The notes under the pieces are model-generated. The model was not told the origin of the DNA and did no database searches. It saw only the letters and a list, made by a program, of their open reading frames with translations. The position numbers and the translations under genes were made by a program. Below, piece by piece: positions 7,296-17,531 of a DNA stretch of 25,543 nt. The DNA is from a virus. Its lineage: Duplodnaviria > Caudoviricetes. The DNA lies in the IMG/VR virus record IMGVR_UViG_3300032225_000492, positions 1 through 25,543 of that record; one strand, given 5' to 3'. Position 1 is the first letter of the stretch, and each line of letters starts with the position of its first letter.

Positions 7296-10200
7296 TTATG
7301 CTGTCGGAGCTCTAAATACATATACATCCCAAGGTCCATCCCCCTTATATACTAATCTGCCAGTACTTGTATTAGAACCATAATTTGCAGGTACACTAGA
7401 GGTAAATTTTACTCCTTTACCATTTTGTTGTATACCACTTGTATATATTTGAGTATGACCATATAGTGCTTGACTTTTTCCACTATTACTTGTATCACAA
7501 TAGTTAATTATATCGCCAGGACTCCATTGATTATCATTATTAACTAGATTTGTTAATTCACTTCTTGATATAGTACCTAAATAAGTTTCCGTATAGCCTA
7601 AAGCTTTAAGTCGGTCACGATATGCTTTTTGATTTGCATTTCCACCTGCTGCTTCTGTTAATCCTTTAGTTGGTTTTCCTCTAAGGGCAGCTACATAATC
7701 TCTAGCAATATTATATACATAGCGGGCACATTTACCTGATTGTCCCCCTCCTCCTCCAAATATAGCATTTGTAGCTTGTAATATAGCATTTGAATTTCCA
7801 CTTCCAACAGGTGGTACTACATTACCTTTAGTATCAGTATTAACTGTTATATTTGTTTCTCCGGATTCGTCTGTTACAGTTAAAGCTCCAAAATCAATAT
7901 CTTTACCTTGTGGGTTGTCTAATATTATAGTTTGTGCTTCTAGTTTAGTAACCCAGTCGTTACCTTTTAAAGAATGACCTATTCCGGTTAATATATATCC
8001 TAATCTAGAACCAACTCCGTTATCTTCGTTTTTATATCCTTTAGGTATTATATCAGAATTTATTTTAAATAAATTTCCTATTACCATACCACCAATACCA
8101 TCTATATCTAAACTAAGAACAGTTGGTAATATTGCTTTATTTTTTGTTTTAGTTTTACCTAATGCTTTAAAAAACGCAATAAGATCTTTTAATGCATTTT
8201 GATATTTTCCTGCTTCATCTACATTAAATTTACCATCAGCACCATACCATTCTGCTTTTAAATCAGCTCCAAGTGTATATAGTATAGATAGTGATTTAGT
8301 TAATTTCTCTTGTTGTAATGCTGGGTCTTCTTCTACTGGTGTACTGGTTGGGGCATCCTTTATAGGTATAATTCTATCTCGTATAGATTTATTAAATGCT
8401 ACTAATGTGGTAGTATCTATACCTAATGCTCCTCCTCCTACTTGTGCTCCAATAGCAACAATAGATGCTTGTTCTTGAAATATTTTTGATTCTAATGAAT
8501 ATGATCTAACAATCGAATTTAAGTTATGTACTTCTAATTGATATGCGTTTTCGTATGCTTTTTCTGCTTCTAGTTTATCAACATAATTAATATCAATAAT
8601 TTGAGCTACGCCTGTTTCAGGATTAACGAATATATCAAAATTATTTACGTCTCCTATAGCTGGTTGTATTTTTTGTAATACATTTTTAATAAAATCATAT
8701 AATGCTATTTCTTTTTTTTCTTTCTTATCTTGAGAAGCTAAAGCGTCACTTACACTTAAATTATATAACATATTTAAGTTAACATATATATGACCTATTA
8801 TACCTAATTCTTTGTTATACTTATCATCTACCCAGTATGGTTGTTCTATCTTTGAAAGATATTTATATCCTGCTGCTCCTTTTTCTGCTTCGTCTTTTAG
8901 TTCTTTATTTTTCTTTTCTATATCATCTATAGCTTTTTGTACTGGATCTCCTTGTGCTTCTGTTACTCCTTCCTTAGTTAGTATATCTTCTATTATTTTA
9001 TCTGATATTCCTGCTTTGCCTAGGAGTCTAATAAAGTTAAATGGGGTGACTGTAAGAGTATATGTCTCTTTAATGGATTTGTTGGCAGAATTAGGTTCTA
9101 CAGTTAATCCAAATTTTGCTATATCTACTGCTGATGGTGTACCTACTGCTGGGAAGGAATTGTTTTTATTTCTCCATTTATTTAAGTACAGTTTAGCTAC
9201 TTCTTTAACATTTTCGATAATTTGTGCTTGATCATAAGGTGCAGTACTAAGACCTTGTATAGTATTTTTAATTACTCCTTCTAATACATCTTTATTTTTT
9301 ATTTCAGATGTAGGAACTATTATTGATATTAATCTATTAACAAATCCATTTGGATCAGGTATATTGGATTTAAATACAATAGTTGGATCTCCCTTTTCAT
9401 CTGTAGTTACAGGAGCATTTAGTTGTATATTAAATCCTTTAGCCCATAAATTACTTTTAATAGCACAAACGGTAGGATCTACAGATACTTCTAATGGATG
9501 TGCTAATGCTAATAAGTATTTTGATACATCTGTTTCAGTTACAGATAAGGGGGCAAATGGTCTACTTTTTCCTCCGTTCTGTGTTGATGATTTTTTATCT
9601 CTTAATAAAACATAGTTATTAAGTAAGCTACATAACGTTTCTAACGTGATGTATATTTGTTCATCACTTTTTCCTATAGTATTAGTTTTTGATGATTCAT
9701 TTTCTCCTCCCTCTATATTAATAGTTACACGAAATAAATCATATGTACTACCATGTTGTGTATCAATTAACTGTTTACTTACCCCTTCAGTCTTTGTTCC
9801 ACCTCCTGTAACTTGCTGTCCTATTTCCCACATTTCATAAAATATACCTGCTAATATGTTTTGAGTATAATGTTCTTTCAGTTCACTCATCTCACTTACC
9901 TTTATAGTAGATCCTGATATATTTGGAGATACTAGACCATTTGTGTTAATATTGGAGTTAGCATTTAATGGAGAGTAATTTACTTTTAATGATTCAATTA
10001 CTTCACCTAATGATACTAATTCAGTTGTACAATCATATCCGCCATCCATTCTAGCTTTCCAGCTATAGTTTTTAACAAATCCAAACATTGAATCAGCGTT
10101 ACCTTGATATCCTGTTATTGTTACGTCAGTACCAGCTTCATTTTTATATTTTCCGTCTGTTGCCCTAGCGTATTGGCGTTTAAATAGATCTTCTTTAGTC

Positions 10201-10772
10201 CATTCTGTATTAATAATATCTGTGTAATCCACAGTAGTAGTATAATTTCCACTATTGTCTAGATATGGCGACCATCCCCATTCTAGCAATAATGTATATC
10301 CGGGACGCATGTATAGTAATTCTAGATCTTCTAGTTGTTTAATATCCCAACATTGAAAATTTACAGTTGCTGATCTTAATGAGCCATATGCTCCTTTATT
10401 TTTGATATCTACCCCAGTAATACCAGGCATTGGTCTAATACCTAAACGATATGGTGTGCCATCAGACCCTACATTACTATATGCATTTGAAAAGTCACCT
10501 AGGCCTGCTCTAAGTTGACCATCATTTAATATACCACCTTGTAAAACGTATTTATTTGCTAATTCGTTATTGTAGTTTTTCTCATCTTGTAAATCAGCTT
10601 GTGATGCAGATACAGGACCATTATATACGTTAACGCTAGAAGATAATCGTATCCAAGCATTACGCGAATTAAGATATGATAAGTTTTGTGGAGTACGATT
10701 AGTCATGGCTGCTTGACGTGTGGTCAATTGGCCTTTTATACTTTCGTGAAATGAATCTTTAAATATTGACAT
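7296..10772 (-). CDS. large baseplate hub-like protein with C-terminal CHAP/NlpC-P60-like amidase domain
   Basis: Follows the LysM baseplate gene. YILTGIGHSLKGNDWVTKLE resembles the end of hub-type domains. The C-terminus has GKCARYV...GGNA...PGDII...YGHTQIY (Cys/His dyad). Confidence 0.65.
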   Translation of the reverse strand: MSIFKDSFHESIKGQLTTRQAAMTNRTPQNLSYLNSRNAWIRLSSSVNVYNGPVSASQADLQDEKNYNNELANKYVLQGGILNDGQLRAGLGDFSNAYSNVGSDGTPYRLGIRPMPGITGVDIKNKGAYGSLRSATVNFQCWDIKQLEDLELLYMRPGYTLLLEWGWSPYLDNSGNYTTTVDYTDIINTEWTKEDLFKRQYARATDGKYKNEAGTDVTITGYQGNADSMFGFVKNYSWKARMDGGYDCTTELVSLGEVIESLKVNYSPLNANSNINTNGLVSPNISGSTIKVSEMSELKEHYTQNILAGIFYEMWEIGQQVTGGGTKTEGVSKQLIDTQHGSTYDLFRVTINIEGGENESSKTNTIGKSDEQIYITLETLCSLLNNYVLLRDKKSSTQNGGKSRPFAPLSVTETDVSKYLLALAHPLEVSVDPTVCAIKSNLWAKGFNIQLNAPVTTDEKGDPTIVFKSNIPDPNGFVNRLISIIVPTSEIKNKDVLEGVIKNTIQGLSTAPYDQAQIIENVKEVAKLYLNKWRNKNNSFPAVGTPSAVDIAKFGLTVEPNSANKSIKETYTLTVTPFNFIRLLGKAGISDKIIEDILTKEGVTEAQGDPVQKAIDDIEKKNKELKDEAEKGAAGYKYLSKIEQPYWVDDKYNKELGIIGHIYVNLNMLYNLSVSDALASQDKKEKKEIALYDFIKNVLQKIQPAIGDVNNFDIFVNPETGVAQIIDINYVDKLEAEKAYENAYQLEVHNLNSIVRSYSLESKIFQEQASIVAIGAQVGGGALGIDTTTLVAFNKSIRDRIIPIKDAPTSTPVEEDPALQQEKLTKSLSILYTLGADLKAEWYGADGKFNVDEAGKYQNALKDLIAFFKALGKTKTKNKAILPTVLSLDIDGIGGMVIGNLFKINSDIIPKGYKNEDNGVGSRLGYILTGIGHSLKGNDWVTKLEAQTIILDNPQGKDIDFGALTVTDESGETNITVNTDTKGNVVPPVGSGNSNAILQATNAIFGGGGGQSGKCARYVYNIARDYVAALRGKPTKGLTEAAGGNANQKAYRDRLKALGYTETYLGTISRSELTNLVNNDNQWSPGDIINYCDTSNSGKSQALYGHTQIYTSGIQQNGKGVKFTSSVPANYGSNTSTGRLVYKGDGPWDVYVFRAPTA

Positions 10773-10776
10773 AACA

Positions 10777-11082
10777 TTATCTTGCTGTATTGAATTTGTT
10801 AAATAAATTTATCGCTATGGCTGCGTCTACTGGTATTCTTAATTGAGTGCCAGGTGCCGGAAATAATGAACCTTTAGTTATATTATTATTTGCTGCTGAT
10901 ATTATCCACCATAATCCAGTATCATGGTAATAATTATATGCTAATAAATCAAGTCTATCTCCTACTGTTGTAACAACATAACGATCTGTTTCGGACAGAG
11001 GTATACGGGGATATTGTTTACTTTTATAGTATGGTTTACCTTGCGATGTACGTGTAATTGAACTATTATATCTTTCTGCCAT
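10777..11082 (-). CDS. LysM-like baseplate wedge protein (P2 gpX / T4 gp53-like)
   Basis: TTVGDRLDLLAYNYYHDTGLWWIISAANN...PGTQLRIP is the typical LysM-like pattern of contractile-tail baseplates. Confidence 0.85.
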   Translation of the reverse strand: MAERYNSSITRTSQGKPYYKSKQYPRIPLSETDRYVVTTVGDRLDLLAYNYYHDTGLWWIISAANNNITKGSLFPAPGTQLRIPVDAAIAINLFNKFNTAR

Positions 11083-11093
11083 AGATTATTTAA

Positions 11094-13265
11094 TTAAAAT
11101 TTATTTTTAAAATAATCATAGTATTGTATTGTATCTTTATCTTTTCCTGTATTATTTTGAGCAATGTATGTGTTTGTTCTAACTTTATCTTCAATTCTAT
11201 TTTCTCCTTGAGTTTCAGTTCCAATTGGTGTAAATCCTAATGATACTTCTAGTATATGAGGTAATATTAGTTGTTTTGATCCACCCTCTGGTTCATCTAA
11301 TGCTATTTCCCAAGGTGAATCATTTGGTATAGTATATGATAAAGAGTCTAATTTTCCAAGTTGAGCATCAAAGTAATTACCTACTGTCATTCTAACTAAT
11401 GAACCTCTCATTAAAATACCATTATAATCAGGCATTAAAGTTGACATTAGATAATTTAATTTAGAATACATAGGTTGCATTTCTCCTTCAGATAATGCAG
11501 CTACTTTAAATCCAATTTGTACTTTACGAGTAAAACCATCATATATATAAAAAGGATTGCCTCGACCTGCATATTTTACACCATTCCATGTTGCATCTAC
11601 ACTATCGGTTAAATTGGTTAAATATGCTCTAAATACCATTGTGTTAACTAGTTCTGGGCTGTCCGTTAATACACTAGATATTCTAAATTTTACTAGATCT
11701 CGTATATTATGGCCTACTCCATTTACAGTAACTACTTTATCCTTCATCCAATATTTATTTCCAACTCCCCCCGACATAGTACCTCCAAATAAAGGAGTTA
11801 AATTAATAGAATCTCGTCTACCACTACCTACTCTTTTTTCACGTGTAACTTTATTCCATGGTATTTTTATTTTTACTGTTTCTGGTATTAAAATCCCATT
11901 GGGGCCTGGAGTAGTTAATCCATTACTATATGTTGGGTAATATGGGGATATTGGTAATCGTTCCCCATTTGATTGACTAGTAATTAATGTTTTATATATT
12001 CCTAGATTATTAGGAGCTGTTAATTTATTAACAGTAGTTGCTACAGTTTGATATGTTGGTTTAGCTCCATAAACATTATTAGGTAATTTTAAATCATTTG
12101 CATATGTACCTGAACCAGTTGCTGTACCTGGATAAGATGATGGGCCTTGTCCTTTAGATGCTAAATCAAGATAATTAGCTCCTGTAGCTGTTCGTACTGT
12201 TGTATCAGTAGATTTACCATAATAAAAAGGGAATGTATCTGTTGAAATTATACCTTTAGTTTTTCCTGGTATTATTTCAGGAAAATCATCTACCCCAAAT
12301 ATAGATTGTGTATTATTAGATACACCTGTTAATCTTTGTAATCCAGTTATTATTGCTGGGTTTCCTTTATCATTTCTCGTTTTACCTGCGAACATTGCGC
12401 TTTGCTCTCTAGCAAAATCAATTTTATCTTTATTTTCAGTATCACCACCCATTGCTCTATGGATAGTAGTTACTCCAATACCATAAACTGAATTGGCTCC
12501 GCCTAGATAACTGTCTACTTCAAGTTCTTTATTAGTGTTAAATATAGCCGTAGCAGCGCCGAATATAGCACTCCCCATTGGGTTAGTAGAAACAGCACCT
12601 GCTAATTTATTTAAAAATCCTTGTTCTTTTTTATTAACACCTAATTTATTAGCACCCCATGGTCCTAAATTAAAATTATTAGTTAAATCAAGTAATCTAT
12701 TAGTATTATTTTGAAAATTTTTTATTGTAACAACGTTTTCATAGTATTTACTACTATCGTTATTAGGTAAAAAACCATGTCTTACTATATGACCACCAAT
12801 AGCGTTAACGGGTACTTGTGCTAATGTGTTAATTCCTAAATTATAGATACGAGTAGGACCTACTGCATTTTCTATTTTATTAGCAACATTAGAAACAAAA
12901 TTAATAACATTAGTAACAGCGCCTTGTCCTTTAGTAGCTTTATTAGTAGGTAAGGTTGTTGATTCAACCCGTGGGTTAGTTAATTGTAAACCTACTTGTT
13001 TAACTATAAATAAGGGTCCTTTAGGAAAGTCAGTTAGAAATTTACCAATACGAAGTGTATCTGTAATAGCAGCGTTAGTAGCACCTATAATACCTCCTCT
13101 AATTAATCCATCATCGAATTTAGTAAGTCTAACCTTATTAATAGTAGCATCAATTGAATTGATATCTGTTTTAATATAAGGTTGACCACTATCTCCGCCA
13201 CCAGGAGTATCATGTCCGTACTTAAGTGACTTAAGATCTGTCTTTAATGTTAGTAATCCTGGCAT
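11094..13265 (-). CDS. baseplate/tail protein, C-terminal tube-initiator-like domain
   Basis: Lies between tape measure and LysM genes. C-terminal FRAYLTNLTDSVDATW..YAGRGNPFYIYDGFTRKVQIGF..SLSYTIP..PW resembles tube-fold initiator proteins. Confidence 0.55.
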   Translation of the reverse strand: MPGLLTLKTDLKSLKYGHDTPGGGDSGQPYIKTDINSIDATINKVRLTKFDDGLIRGGIIGATNAAITDTLRIGKFLTDFPKGPLFIVKQVGLQLTNPRVESTTLPTNKATKGQGAVTNVINFVSNVANKIENAVGPTRIYNLGINTLAQVPVNAIGGHIVRHGFLPNNDSSKYYENVVTIKNFQNNTNRLLDLTNNFNLGPWGANKLGVNKKEQGFLNKLAGAVSTNPMGSAIFGAATAIFNTNKELEVDSYLGGANSVYGIGVTTIHRAMGGDTENKDKIDFAREQSAMFAGKTRNDKGNPAIITGLQRLTGVSNNTQSIFGVDDFPEIIPGKTKGIISTDTFPFYYGKSTDTTVRTATGANYLDLASKGQGPSSYPGTATGSGTYANDLKLPNNVYGAKPTYQTVATTVNKLTAPNNLGIYKTLITSQSNGERLPISPYYPTYSNGLTTPGPNGILIPETVKIKIPWNKVTREKRVGSGRRDSINLTPLFGGTMSGGVGNKYWMKDKVVTVNGVGHNIRDLVKFRISSVLTDSPELVNTMVFRAYLTNLTDSVDATWNGVKYAGRGNPFYIYDGFTRKVQIGFKVAALSEGEMQPMYSKLNYLMSTLMPDYNGILMRGSLVRMTVGNYFDAQLGKLDSLSYTIPNDSPWEIALDEPEGGSKQLILPHILEVSLGFTPIGTETQGENRIEDKVRTNTYIAQNNTGKDKDTIQYYDYFKNKF

Positions 13266-13274
13266 TTATATATT

Positions 13275-13640
13275 TTAATATCTTCCTGGTTGTGGTCCTA
13301 AATCTTTATACCTACGACCATTTGGTGATTTGTAAATTTGAGATACTACACCACCTGCGTGTCCTGCTTGTGTATTATTAGGTGCGTTAGGATCTAATTC
13401 ATCAAGAATCGCTGGTGGTTTTACTGAAGTAACACCTCCTAAAGCTGCTCTATTAAAATCTACAATTCGTTCATTAGGATTACCGTCTACTGAATATGTA
13501 AGTTGTAATTGACTTAATGCTGGGTCTAATGTACCTAATGAAGATTGGTATCCCCATGCTGGTGAGTTTGGACGTGCATTAAAGCCATTACCTACTAGAC
13601 TTAATGTGCTTACTGGTAATTGGTTGAGTACTGATGCCAT
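13275..13640 (-). CDS. hypothetical protein (probable tail-associated)
   Basis: 121-aa ORF in the tail block, preceded by the ATATTTAT motif. Confidence 0.7.
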   Translation of the reverse strand: MASVLNQLPVSTLSLVGNGFNARPNSPAWGYQSSLGTLDPALSQLQLTYSVDGNPNERIVDFNRAALGGVTSVKPPAILDELDPNAPNNTQAGHAGGVVSQIYKSPNGRRYKDLGPQPGRY

Positions 13641-13662
13641 ATTTTATTATTTTATTGTGTCA

Positions 13663-13670
13663 ATAAATAT
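13663..13670 (-). promoter_or_regulatory. ATATTTAT upstream motif
   Basis: 23 nt upstream of 13640. The context TAATATTTATTGACA is identical to the copy upstream of the tube gene. Confidence 0.6.
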
Positions 13671-13677
13671 TATATGT

Positions 13678-15951
13678 CTATGCTGTTTTAGTAGAATTTT
13701 GCATTGCGCTATTATTTACTTTTTTACTGTCTATAGCCACTGTTGTATCTTTAGCGTGTACTCTATTTACAGCGGCTGTAGTAGCGTTTATTGCATTAAT
13801 AAGTGGTGTTAAGTCGATGTTTGGTACAGTCATTCCACCTTCCCCTTTACCTTTCATTGCTTTAGCAGCACCGGGTGCTGCTACTAAATCATCATTTGGA
13901 CTTAATTCAAATAATCCACCCTCTTTAGTAGATACTTGTGTTTTACCATCTGCTGGGCTCATCATATCACCTGCGGATTTGGCATTTAATAATCCAAATC
14001 CAGCTCCTAGCATTGCTGCAGCAACTGCAGGAGCTAATGCCCATCCTATAACGGGAATATCTGCTATAGAAGCTGCTGCAGAATATGCAGCTAATACAAT
14101 AGCTATTCCTGCTATTACTTTAAGTATTTTACCAACAACTCCTAAAGCATTTAACCAACCCCCAATTGTATCTCCTATTTTCTTAGAAAAATCATAAATA
14201 AACTGAAATGGTTGAGCTATATAACCAATAAGTTTAAGAGCTTCCGAAAGCATATCTAAAAGTATAGCTACTGGTCCTGCTGCTAGATTCCCTATAATAT
14301 CTTTTAATTTGTCCATAGCAGCATTAAATTTATCTTGTATATTTTGGCGTTTTTCTGCTTCTAATGCTTCTTCTTTAGTTATTTCTGCTAATGATTTACC
14401 TTGTTCTTGTGCTATTTTTTGTTTTCTTAATTGATCGGCTAATTCATCTCCAGTTAATCCTAATGCTTCAGCATATGATTTTTGAGCGATGACATTCATA
14501 TTTTGAAACTTATTAAGTGTCATTCCTTGATTCGCTAATTCCTTCATTACTGTTACTTGATCGCCTTGTAAAGCGGCTGCTCGTGCGCGTTCAAGATTCA
14601 TTGATTGACCAGTTAATAATTCTGCTTTAAGTTCTGATTCAATTGATGATTCAAAATCAAGTAATTTTTCACCTTGATTTTTAGTTTTTTCAAGTGTAGT
14701 ACCTAATGCTTGTGCTTGTACTACGGCTTTAGTTAAGGATGCTGGGTTATTTTGAAAATTTGCTGCTAGTTGACCTGATATTTTGGCTACTTCAGCCATT
14801 GTTGTTTTAAAATTAGCTGACCCTTTAGTAGCGTTTCGAGTAGCGGTAAAGGCTCCTACCATTTCATCATTGATTTGAGATGATGCTTTACCCGTTAAAA
14901 CTGAAAATTTATATAGTCCTGCTGCTTCGTCTCCAGACAATCCAAATTGCTTAGTAAGCATTATTTGTGTTTCTAATACATCTGCTGAGTATTCAGCAAC
15001 ACCCCCAGTCGCTGTATTTAATTGGCTCATTGCTTCTCCAGCATTAGCAAGAGTAACATTTAAGTTAGTAGAATAATTGGCCATGCTTGCCAAGTTCTGG
15101 GTTATTCTGTCTGATTCTTTAGTTCCTGTTCCTAAATCTTTACCGGTTTTTACAGATATAGCATTAAATTTAAGAGCGTGATCTACTATTAACATTAAAA
15201 GACCTTTCATAGTAAATAACTGTTGTATTTCCTCTACTCTAAGTCGTTTTTTTAATTCATCTAGTAGTTCTGTTTTTTGAGCTTGAGTTTTTGCTTCTTT
15301 AACTAGTTCTATTTCTTTTCTTCGTTCTTCTATATTATCTTCATGAGCTTTTTTAGTTTCTATTAAATTCTTAACTAAATCTTTTTGTAGATCTTTTTGT
15401 TTAGCTGTTTTTTGTAGACTGGTTTCAAGATCTTTTATTGTTTGTTTAGTAAGTCTTAATTCATCTCTTTTTGCCGTTATATCAGCAGTAGGTGCTCCTG
15501 CTCTTTTTAATCGGTCAATGTCATCTAATATTTGATCTTGTTCTCTTAATTCTTGAGTTAAAGTAGCTTGTATACTATGCTCGTCTCTAGCCAATTGACG
15601 AGCTTTAGCTAAAGCTGCTACTTTTTGATTATCTATTTTTTGAGCAATACTAGCATATTTTCTTTGATCATTTATTTGATCTTGTTCTAATTGTCTTATG
15701 GACTTAGCTAAATCCTTAGCTGTGGCTGTACCTGATAAACGTTTCTGAATTGATTTTTCAATAGTGGCCGAGGCTGCTGCTAAACTTTTAGTTAAGTCTA
15801 ATATTTCTTTATCATCTGCTAATAACCGTACCCCTGATTTTTCAATAGCCTTATACGCGTCAGCTAATCCTTTAGCAGCTGTCGCTTGCTTTTGAAGCAA
15901 ATCAAGCCGTTCTTGTTCTAATCTTATTTGGTCTGGTGTTAATTCAGGCAT
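13678..15951 (-). CDS. tape measure protein
   Basis: 757 aa, Ala/Leu/Lys/Gln-rich helical sequence with hydrophobic segments near the C-terminus. Lies between chaperone and baseplate genes. Confidence 0.82.
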   Translation of the reverse strand: MPELTPDQIRLEQERLDLLQKQATAAKGLADAYKAIEKSGVRLLADDKEILDLTKSLAAASATIEKSIQKRLSGTATAKDLAKSIRQLEQDQINDQRKYASIAQKIDNQKVAALAKARQLARDEHSIQATLTQELREQDQILDDIDRLKRAGAPTADITAKRDELRLTKQTIKDLETSLQKTAKQKDLQKDLVKNLIETKKAHEDNIEERRKEIELVKEAKTQAQKTELLDELKKRLRVEEIQQLFTMKGLLMLIVDHALKFNAISVKTGKDLGTGTKESDRITQNLASMANYSTNLNVTLANAGEAMSQLNTATGGVAEYSADVLETQIMLTKQFGLSGDEAAGLYKFSVLTGKASSQINDEMVGAFTATRNATKGSANFKTTMAEVAKISGQLAANFQNNPASLTKAVVQAQALGTTLEKTKNQGEKLLDFESSIESELKAELLTGQSMNLERARAAALQGDQVTVMKELANQGMTLNKFQNMNVIAQKSYAEALGLTGDELADQLRKQKIAQEQGKSLAEITKEEALEAEKRQNIQDKFNAAMDKLKDIIGNLAAGPVAILLDMLSEALKLIGYIAQPFQFIYDFSKKIGDTIGGWLNALGVVGKILKVIAGIAIVLAAYSAAASIADIPVIGWALAPAVAAAMLGAGFGLLNAKSAGDMMSPADGKTQVSTKEGGLFELSPNDDLVAAPGAAKAMKGKGEGGMTVPNIDLTPLINAINATTAAVNRVHAKDTTVAIDSKKVNNSAMQNSTKTA

Positions 15952-15968
15952 GTTGTAGTATTATACGT

Positions 15969-15976
15969 ATAAATAT
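15969..15976 (-). promoter_or_regulatory. ATATTTAT upstream motif
   Basis: 18 nt upstream of the tape measure start. Confidence 0.55.
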
Positions 15977-15999
15977 AAAAGCGCCTATTTTTTAGGCGC
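15977..15999 (-). terminator. intrinsic terminator
   Basis: Minus strand GCGCCTA-AAAAA-TAGGCGC followed by TTTTAT, overlapping the stop codon of the chaperone extension. Confidence 0.65.
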
Positions 16000-16254
16000 C
16001 TTTGTTGTATATGTTGGATTAGCTATATTAGGTCGTGATACCTCTTTATTACCGGATTTGTTTTTTAACATATTCTGTTGTTTTTCTGTCTCTTCATTTT
16101 GCTTTTCAAAGTATTCATTCATGATATTGAATGTAGTTTTACGCAACCATATAGGCATATTATACACAGTATCCCAATCGTATCCTCCATTTCCATGAAA
16201 TACTATTTCATGAATTTGTTTAAATAGTGATGGTCTATATGTTGGAGTCAGGCC
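15985..16254 (-). CDS. tail assembly chaperone, frameshift extension (lambda gpT-like position)
   Basis: The frame of ORF 15985..16167 is open upstream to the T7 run: GLTPTYRPSLFKQIHEIVFHGNGGYDWDTVYNMPIWLR... There is no ATG/GTG/TTG before 16167. Confidence 0.7.
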   Translation of the reverse strand, partial: GLTPTYRPSLFKQIHEIVFHGNGGYDWDTVYNMPIWLRKTTFNIMNEYFEKQNEETEKQQNMLKNKSGNKEVSRPNIANPTYTTKAPKK

Positions 16255-16990
16255 AAAAAAAGTTAAGAGTAATTGGAACCGTTATACCCTCCCCTGTATA
16301 ACTTTCATCTTCCGGCATAAATTTCAAATCAATATCTGGTTGTACTTTAGCGTAATATTCACGTAACGCTCTAGCGTCTGGTGCTAGTAAATATGTGTCT
16401 ACAAATTCACGTATTGATTTCATTTCGCTATCACCATTGATAGATGTAATCATGTATTTTAAACGAGTTGTAACATCAAACGAACCGTTTGGATTTACTT
16501 TTTGTAATCCTTTTATTTCTTGTTCAATTTTTTTCTCATCACCGTGAGTTAATAACTTAAACGTTACTGTATTGCCTGATTTTGGTAAAGCAAATGAAAA
16601 GTTATTGCCATCTTTATATATAGCAGTATCTATTTCTTTTTCATTTAATGTAGATAAATCAACACTAGTTTCTATTTCTTGTCCACGTTCATTACTATAT
16701 TTAAAAGTATAGTTTTGTCCGTATCCTAATATACGTGCTGCTATTAATATAGCGTTTTTATCGCCAATTAATAAGTCATCATAATTAATAGGAGTAACAA
16801 TTAATGCTTGTAGTAATTTATCAATTACAGTACCTTGTTTAATGAAATTACTGTTAGTAAGGATATCTTCTTCCTTGGCTGTCATATATTTCATTTCAAT
16901 TTCACCTTTGGAAAGTGGTGATTCTTTCGGATACAGTAAACCTTTCGATGGTAACGAAACAATTTCTGTCGGTAACTTTAATTCTGCCAT
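16235..16990 (-). CDS. tail assembly chaperone / T4 gp26-like baseplate hub assembly protein
   Basis: LPSKG..Y, MTAKEEDILT, GDKNAILIAARILGYG and an ending LNFFWP. Lies between tube and tape measure genes. Confidence 0.75.
   Translation of the reverse strand: MAELKLPTEIVSLPSKGLLYPKESPLSKGEIEMKYMTAKEEDILTNSNFIKQGTVIDKLLQALIVTPINYDDLLIGDKNAILIAARILGYGQNYTFKYSNERGQEIETSVDLSTLNEKEIDTAIYKDGNNFSFALPKSGNTVTFKLLTHGDEKKIEQEIKGLQKVNPNGSFDVTTRLKYMITSINGDSEMKSIREFVDTYLLAPDARALREYYAKVQPDIDLKFMPEDESYTGEGITVPITLNFFWPDSNI
16255..16261 (-). other. putative programmed frameshift slippery site (U7)
   Basis: AAC TTT TTT TGG: seven T on the coding strand at the point where the two chaperone frames overlap. Confidence 0.6.
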
Positions 16991-17000
16991 AAATGTATTT

Positions 17001-17162
17001 TTATTTTTTATTTGTTAAGTGTCTTAATATACTGCGTATTAATAAGAATCCTACTACACACCAACCTATTCCTGCCATAAATAATATAGATGGATAATCT
17101 GCTATCCACTTCATAGATAAACTAAGAAGTACTAATAGTATGATATATATTGTATTTTTCAT
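17001..17162 (-). CDS. small membrane protein (2 predicted TM segments)
   Basis: Likely start MKNTIYII at 17162, an ATGA overlap with the upstream stop. Two hydrophobic stretches and a basic C-terminus. Confidence 0.6.
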   Translation of the reverse strand: MKNTIYIILLVLLSLSMKWIADYPSILFMAGIGWCVVGFLLIRSILRHLTNKK

Positions 17163-17515
17163 AATAGTATTAATATTAATGATATAAGGAATAATATTAA
17201 ATGGTATACCCAATATCCTATTTTTTCTGGTATTTTATTAGTAAATTGGTCTACTATAGATGTTGTTGATTTACTAATGTGTGTTAATTTTTTATCTCTA
17301 AAATAATTTAAAGCGGTATTAAACACTGGTATTCTTAGTATTGTTAGTCCAGTTATTATTAGCCAATCTTTTGTTAATAGATAAGCTAATAACAATAATG
17401 CGATATATATTAAACTGTTAACACCATGGTATATTCTTATATTTTGCTTTATTTTATTAGCATCAAAATACGCCAAAACTATATTAAATATAACAAATAT
17501 TATAAGTAATTCCAC
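17159..17515 (-). CDS. small multi-pass membrane protein
   Basis: GTG start, 118 aa, about 4 hydrophobic segments. Confidence 0.7.
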   Translation of the reverse strand: MELLIIFVIFNIVLAYFDANKIKQNIRIYHGVNSLIYIALLLLAYLLTKDWLIITGLTILRIPVFNTALNYFRDKKLTHISKSTTSIVDQFTNKIPEKIGYWVYHLILFLISLILILL

Positions 17516-17531
17516 CTTTATTATTTATTTT

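Noticed and set aside
17163-17213. N-terminal extension of ORF 17001..17213
   Set aside because: It overlaps the upstream gene by 55 nt. The ATGA-coupled Met at 17162 is the more plausible start.
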